This document shows positions 43,829-48,288 of a stretch of DNA of 48,288 nucleotides, piece by piece; position 1 is the stretch's first letter; each line of letters opens with the position of its first letter. The stretch lies in the IMG/VR virus record IMGVR_UViG_3300014208_000013, positions 1 through 48,288 of that record, one strand, 5' to 3'. The translations under genes and the position numbers were made by a program. A model generated the notes under the pieces. It made no database searches and was not told where the DNA came from. It worked only from the letters and a program-made list of their open reading frames with translations. This DNA is from a virus. Its lineage: Duplodnaviria; Caudoviricetes.

Positions 43829-45987
43829 TATGGGAATGTTCTAGTAAATGAAAGCCAACAAAATAATTGAGTAGGTGAAGATACGGGAGTTCCAGCTTCT
43901 ACTAAAAGCGTTGAACCATTCGTAAATGAATTATTGGTAGTTAAGGCGGTAGTGCCAGCGGTAGTAGAGGCAATTATCATATTGCTCCTTGTCGACCCAG
44001 TAAGAAGATTAACATTCAAAGTCCCTGCCGAAGTTTTACAAGATATAGAATTATAATTTTCTGTTGCTCTGACTAAAATTTGGCGAGTTGATGTTCCTGT
44101 CCAAGCGGTTGATGTAGCATTATTATCATAAAATCCAACTTTAATAGTTGATTCAAGTTTTAGCCCATTGGTTGAAGTCGCAACCGCTGAAGCCACGCCT
44201 GAATTAAAAGTTAAAACGCCCGTAGAGGCGGAAAAGTTTCCACCTGTGCCTCCATAAGCCGCACCTAAAGGATTTAAAAGAGTGAGAGTATCGGTATACA
44301 TAATCGTTGACGAAGCCGTGCCATAAACTTCAAGCTTTGTATTCGGTCCCGTCGTCCCGATGCCGACGTTGCCTGTGCTTGGCAAATATAACCCTGTACC
44401 TACTCCCGAAGTAGCGCGTAAATCCAAATTATTATATGCCCCACTTGCATATCCAACCACAGAACCTACGCCCGTTCCATTAGTCAATACAACTCCATCG
44501 GTTAAATCACCACTTTGAATAGCTCCTAAAACTTGCAATTTCGCCCCCGGACTCGTCGTCCCGATGCCGACGTTGCCGGAAGTAGTTGCGAAATAAGCCG
44601 AGCCAGTGGAACTAATTTGAGTGGTGGAAGCATTACCGAAAGTCTGCAAGGCCGTCCACGTATTAGCGTTACCCAAATTAAGCCCCCAATCGCTGATTGC
44701 TCCGCTCCCATTGTAGGAAGAACCATTAAGCGTGGCGTCGTTGGTTAGAGCCGCTAGATTTGAGCCTAAAGCCACACCGCTAATTGTGGAGTTAGAGAGC
44801 ATGGCGTTGGAGACTGAAGAGCAGGTAGAAGCTCCCGAAGCCGTGAGAGCCGTTATAACTTGGTTAGTGCAGGATTGAGCGGTGGTTAAAGTAAAGTCAG
44901 TTCCATTAGAAGCGGCGGTAAAAGCAGAAGTGCCGTTGCCTTTTAAAACTCCAGTAAGAGTTATGGCTCCCGTGCCGCCTTTATTTACTGGTATGGTTGA
45001 AGAGGCTAAATTCCAATAGCCAGAATCATTTGTCCATTGAGAAATATTTGCGGAAGCAAAATCAGTCGTGGCTACTGAAGCACAAGTGTTGGTATCGCCT
45101 ATTTGTCTAATAAATTGATTGGTGCAAGCGGCAGGATAACTGTCGTGCGTTGTCCAATCGGCCCTATCAACGAAAGTAGTAGAAGCAATCGCTTGAGTAA
45201 AAGCATTGGCCGTTAAAAGATAATTTCCCGACACCCCTGTCCAAACCGGGTCGCTTTCGGCGGTTAGATATGTCCCAAAATCAGAAACTTGGCTTTTAGT
45301 AATTGATAAAGCGGGTAAAGAAGAAATATTAGCGTGGGTAGTGGTGGCGTAGTAAGAAGAAGCTGAAAGATAGCCTCCTAGAGTGTGGTTGCCCCAAGTA
45401 TAAGCCGTTGAGCCTTCGGTAGTGGAAGCGGTAAGAGGGATTGAGTAGCCAGTATCAAAAGTAAGGGCGAGCGTTCCTGAATCTGTTATCGGATTACCTG
45501 CTATGGAAAGGCCAGTAGGGACGCTCATATCAACCGAAGACACGGTGTCGGACGATCCTCCAAGTCCTAAAGTAGAAGTAGCCACGCTTTCCCATTCGCT
45601 AGTGGTGGTGTTATAACGGAGCATATCACCCCAACTCATAGGGGTTGTGGTAGCTACGTCGCCGATCTGACCGAGTTGGTTAATGGTCGTCCCGCTTCCT
45701 CCCGTTCCAATCGCCGCCCACGATCCACCTGAATGTTTAAATTCAACACTTCCAGAATTATCACGAAAACCATAACCTGACGATCCTGATGTCGTATTAA
45801 AATTCAGGTATTTATTAGAGCCGTTGATGAGTATATTCCTGCCAGCAGAAAAAACTGTTGATAGATAAGTATTATGATCATTCCACACTCCGTCGGTTCT
45901 CGCGCCAAAATTTATTTCATTATTTGGAAAGAAAAATCCAACTATCGCGACAATACCTAATAAAATTGTAGGAATAATTTTAAACAT
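43828..45987 (-). CDS. Tail fibre protein with N-terminal TM and GNVGIGTT repeats
   Basis: Ser/Thr/Gly-rich; ESDPVW, IPVNKGGTGA, GGTG and GNVGIGTT fibre motifs. Confidence 0.75.
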   Translation of the reverse strand: MFKIIPTILLGIVAIVGFFFPNNEINFGARTDGVWNDHNTYLSTVFSAGRNILINGSNKYLNFNTTSGSSGYGFRDNSGSVEFKHSGGSWAAIGTGGSGTTINQLGQIGDVATTTPMSWGDMLRYNTTTSEWESVATSTLGLGGSSDTVSSVDMSVPTGLSIAGNPITDSGTLALTFDTGYSIPLTASTTEGSTAYTWGNHTLGGYLSASSYYATTTHANISSLPALSITKSQVSDFGTYLTAESDPVWTGVSGNYLLTANAFTQAIASTTFVDRADWTTHDSYPAACTNQFIRQIGDTNTCASVATTDFASANISQWTNDSGYWNLASSTIPVNKGGTGAITLTGVLKGNGTSAFTAASNGTDFTLTTAQSCTNQVITALTASGASTCSSVSNAMLSNSTISGVALGSNLAALTNDATLNGSSYNGSGAISDWGLNLGNANTWTALQTFGNASTTQISSTGSAYFATTSGNVGIGTTSPGAKLQVLGAIQSGDLTDGVVLTNGTGVGSVVGYASGAYNNLDLRATSGVGTGLYLPSTGNVGIGTTGPNTKLEVYGTASSTIMYTDTLTLLNPLGAAYGGTGGNFSASTGVLTFNSGVASAVATSTNGLKLESTIKVGFYDNNATSTAWTGTSTRQILVRATENYNSISCKTSAGTLNVNLLTGSTRSNMIIASTTAGTTALTTNNSFTNGSTLLVEAGTPVSSPTQLFCWLSFTRTFP
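44350..44577. repeat. Exact 24-bp direct repeat (44350-44373 and 44554-44577)
   Basis: CGTCGTCCCGATGCCGACGTTGCC twice, encoding GNVGIGTT on the minus strand. Confidence 0.9.
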
Positions 45988-45989
45988 AT

Positions 45990-46802
45990 TTACTCACTAT
46001 ACGGCTGATATTCTCTTCCAATTTTTTCAAACTGCTCTTTTAAATAAACCTCTTGATTATTTTGATACTCAGTCCGATCAATAAGAATTTTTGATTTTTT
46101 TGAAATTTTATCAAATTCCGCCTGAGCTAATTCAATTTTTTTATTTGTTTCCGCTAAAACACTTTCCAATATATCTTTACTTTCCTCAAACCCATGGATT
46201 TCAATTTGCAAATTTTCAATAGTTTCCCTTGCTTGAACTATTTTACTTTCATATCCAACTAATTGAGACTTTTTATTATCCAAATCTTCAACAATTTTCT
46301 CTGCGTTTTTTATTTTACTATCAATAAATGATATTAATTCATTTTTTCTAATCTGAAAATTATTAACTTCTAATTTAATCTTATTTAAGTTATCGGTTTC
46401 AGAAATAATCAGCTTTCCTGTTTTTTCATTTTCATAAATTAAAGTGGCTTTATTTTTTTCCAACTTAACTATCTCTGAATCAAGGCGACTAACTTCTGCT
46501 TTTATGCCATTAGTTGAATTTCTTTCCAATTCAATCATTTCTTCTTTTTTTTCTTCAATATCTTTTTTTATTTTTTCCAAATCAGCAAGCCTTAACTTAT
46601 AATTTTCTTCAAAATCTTGAGTTTCTTTTTTTCTTGTCTCAAAATTTTCATTAAGGAAATCAATATTTTTTTTAATAGACTCGGCTTCTAAAGTTAAAAA
46701 AGCATTATGATCTTCCGCTTTTTTAATTTCAGCATTAATCGCTTCAAACTGAATATTATTTTGGTTGATTAGATCAACCTGTTTTTTGGTATCATCCGCC
46801 AT
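45990..46802 (-). CDS. Long coiled-coil protein
   Basis: E/K/I/N-rich heptads over 270 aa. Confidence 0.7.
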   Translation of the reverse strand: MADDTKKQVDLINQNNIQFEAINAEIKKAEDHNAFLTLEAESIKKNIDFLNENFETRKKETQDFEENYKLRLADLEKIKKDIEEKKEEMIELERNSTNGIKAEVSRLDSEIVKLEKNKATLIYENEKTGKLIISETDNLNKIKLEVNNFQIRKNELISFIDSKIKNAEKIVEDLDNKKSQLVGYESKIVQARETIENLQIEIHGFEESKDILESVLAETNKKIELAQAEFDKISKKSKILIDRTEYQNNQEVYLKEQFEKIGREYQPYSE

Positions 46803-46814
46803 ATATTTTTATTA

Positions 46815-47357
46815 TTATTTAGCCATTGTCTCAAAAAACACCGCTCCGTTAGCTCCGGTTAAATTATAAGTTATTTTAGCCCTAAGCCCGATAACATCTT
46901 CCATATCAAATAATTGAGCGCAGGTCGTGGACGAGGAAGAATTGGCCGGAGTCCATGTGTTATAAATATTAGTCGCCCCCCAAGTCCGTATCAAATTAGA
47001 TGTCTCGGTAAAATCCCGCTTACCAAACCAAGTGGTATTTTTAGATAAATTTCCGTCAGCCACGTCAACCGTCCAATTAAAAACAGTGGCGGTAGTAGAA
47101 GCCGTTAAACATACGCTTGGAGCTACTCTGCTTACTGTATCAATATCTATCTCTTTGGTTGAACTGGCCGTAGTCCCTGCCGTAAAATACGCCGGAGTTG
47201 TGGTTCCGGTTTGAGCTTTTTCTACAACCACTCCAGCCGCACTTCCTCCATCAGTTCTTCCTTTTAAAACATTTTCTTTGCCGCTGAAAGAAATCACGCA
47301 TACTACAATCGCAAAAAACACGATGCCAGCCAATGAAATAATAATTTTTTTATTCAT
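46815..47357 (-). CDS. Putative virion protein with N-terminal TM
   Basis: MNKKIIISLAGIVFFAIVVCVISFSG...LKGRTDGG, then a Thr-rich beta domain. Confidence 0.6.
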   Translation of the reverse strand: MNKKIIISLAGIVFFAIVVCVISFSGKENVLKGRTDGGSAAGVVVEKAQTGTTTPAYFTAGTTASSTKEIDIDTVSRVAPSVCLTASTTATVFNWTVDVADGNLSKNTTWFGKRDFTETSNLIRTWGATNIYNTWTPANSSSSTTCAQLFDMEDVIGLRAKITYNLTGANGAVFFETMAK

Positions 47358-47361
47358 ATTT

Positions 47362-47994
47362 TTAGTTTCCATAAATTGACGCTTTAATGTCAATCGTTCC
47401 CACCGACCAGGTTGCGCTTGGGACATCAACCGTGATCCAGCGGAGACCATTGACATTTATTTCAAAAAGTAAATTTTCATCAACTCCGGTAATATCATAC
47501 CCATTGTCTCCTGAATATTTTTCAGAGTTATTATTTAGATCAGCGATTGAAACATAATCCCAGCGATTAGTCGGAGAAGCGGCCGCGTTAAAATCAACCG
47601 TATCCTGAGTTGATCCTTTGACCTGTAATTTTAAATTGGCGCTGTTATAAGAATTTACCGATAAAACAACCGTTGACGCGTCGCTTACTAATACCTTTTT
47701 GCCTTTTAAGTAAAAAGTATGAGTTCCAGTTCCGGTGCTAGTTACGTTTACCGCCTCCCCTCCCAATGTAGCCGAAACTTTAAAGGTATTGGTAGTTACG
47801 TCCCTGACATAATAATCGGTGCTTGCCGACAGCCCGGCCGGCAGAGTAGTGGAACTTGCCACATGAATCAAATCGCCTTCAACCAAACCATGAGAAGCCG
47901 AAGTTATAATGTCGGTCGTGGCCGCGGTAAATGCCGCTTGCAGTTTTGACAGATAACTGAAAATCTTAATATCCTCCTGCATTAAATTCCTCAT
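47362..47994 (-). CDS. Putative virion structural protein
   Basis: HGLVEGD...LPAGLS..TDYYV...TNTFKVS domain common in phage structural proteins. Confidence 0.6.
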   Translation of the reverse strand: MRNLMQEDIKIFSYLSKLQAAFTAATTDIITSASHGLVEGDLIHVASSTTLPAGLSASTDYYVRDVTTNTFKVSATLGGEAVNVTSTGTGTHTFYLKGKKVLVSDASTVVLSVNSYNSANLKLQVKGSTQDTVDFNAAASPTNRWDYVSIADLNNNSEKYSGDNGYDITGVDENLLFEINVNGLRWITVDVPSATWSVGTIDIKASIYGN

Positions 47995-48022
47995 AAAATT
48001 TATTTTAAATTACTAATTAAAT

Positions 48023-48054
48023 CCCTGCCGGAAAATTATTACTTCCCGACAGGA
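48023..48054 (-). terminator. Hairpin after the VEEPK gene
   Basis: CCTGTCGGGA / TTCCGGCAGG stem on the minus strand. Confidence 0.45.
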
Positions 48055-48059
48055 GCTAA

Positions 48060-48288
48060 CTATAATTTTATTTCCTCTCCGCCTTCAAGCATAACAAATT
48101 TTCCGCCGTCTTTTTTGTATCTATCAAGAACTTTTTTTCCGGCGAATAACTCGTCTTTAATTTCAGCCTTAGGCTCTTCAGCCTTAGGCTCTTCAACCTT
48201 AGGCTCTTCAACCTTAGGCTCTTCAACCTTAGGCTCTTCAACCTTAGGCTCTTCAACCTTAGGCTCTTCAACCTTAGGCTCTTCAACC
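48060..48288 (-). CDS. 3' part of the VEEPK-repeat protein (...AEEPKAEIKDELFAGKKVLDRYKKDGGKFVMLEGGEEIKL*)
   Basis: The VEEPK frame stays open to TAG at 48060-48062. The ORF-track KSLRL frame is a different frame. Confidence 0.85.
   Translation of the reverse strand, partial: VEEPKVEEPKVEEPKVEEPKVEEPKVEEPKVEEPKAEEPKAEIKDELFAGKKVLDRYKKDGGKFVMLEGGEEIKL
48167..48288. repeat. 15-bp tandem repeat (right end): one variant unit, 7 perfect units, then CC
   Basis: Same unit as the left end; the contig breaks inside the array. Confidence 0.98.

Larger units (their letters stand above)
1..48288. mobile_element. Complete or near-complete circularly permuted tailed phage genome (podovirus-like), probable Patescibacteria host
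   Basis: Terminase, portal, capsid, tail and replication modules lie in two divergent arms. Both ends are inside the same repeat and the same gene. No host housekeeping genes or integrase seen. Host is inferred only. Confidence 0.9.

Noticed and set aside
2593-47949. Numerous 60-130 aa antisense or overlapping ORFs in the track (for example 2593..2910, 6290..6574, 29851..30246, 47719..47949)
   Set aside because: They are shadows of longer, motif-bearing genes on the opposite strand or frame.
48068-48286. ORF-track protein MKSLRLKSLRL...
   Set aside because: Wrong frame of the repeat; the VEEPK frame has a proper ATG at 136 and stop at 48060.
1-48288. Alternative genetic code (stop-codon reassignment)
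   Set aside because: Long genes are intact in code 11, and TAA, TAG and TGA all occur as stops at sensible gene boundaries.
1-48288. Integrated prophage or complete DGR cassette
   Set aside because: No integrase, att-flanked host genes, reverse transcriptase, Avd or template repeat recognised by eye.

Overview
The window is most likely one complete, circularly permuted ~48 kb tailed dsDNA phage genome with podovirus/P22-like architecture, using standard genetic code 11. The contig is broken inside a 15-bp coding tandem repeat present at both ends. The minus-strand late arm runs TerS, TerL, portal, scaffold, head cement, major capsid, then across the contig break through fibre/appendage proteins, holin-like proteins, a papain-like protease, an AdoMetDC-like protein, tail adaptor and nozzle, and two ejection proteins. 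The plus-strand arm starts at an AT-rich origin/promoter region (10.0-10.7 kb) and encodes ArdA-like, DenV-like, RtcB, tRNA-Pro, a D5-type helicase, a CHC2 zinc finger, an SSB-like protein, HNH, an SMC-like ATPase, a RecE-like nuclease, an SF2 helicase, a HerA-like ATPase, RecU and HU. I recognise no integrase, DNA polymerase, reverse transcriptase or canonical peptidoglycan hydrolase. SD-less AT-rich start contexts, GNVGIGTT and Ser/Thr-rich fibres and a DUF1566-type gene point by inference to a Patescibacteria (Parcubacteria-like) host. Most unusual observations: (1) at least seven late-arm proteins, including the tail nozzle and fibres, begin with signal-peptide/membrane-anchor leaders that end in a shared (L/F/V/K)G motif, next to a papain-like protease, suggesting membrane-tethered or extracytoplasmic tail assembly with proteolytic release; (2) an orphan DGR-type variable gene with no RT or template repeat; (3) a nucleotide-identical GC-rich 24-mer flanking a fibre module; (4) RtcB next to an atypical tRNA-Pro; (5) two hollowed-out methyltransferase genes; (6) many structured intergenic RNAs. 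All product calls come from motif recognition by eye, not database searches.
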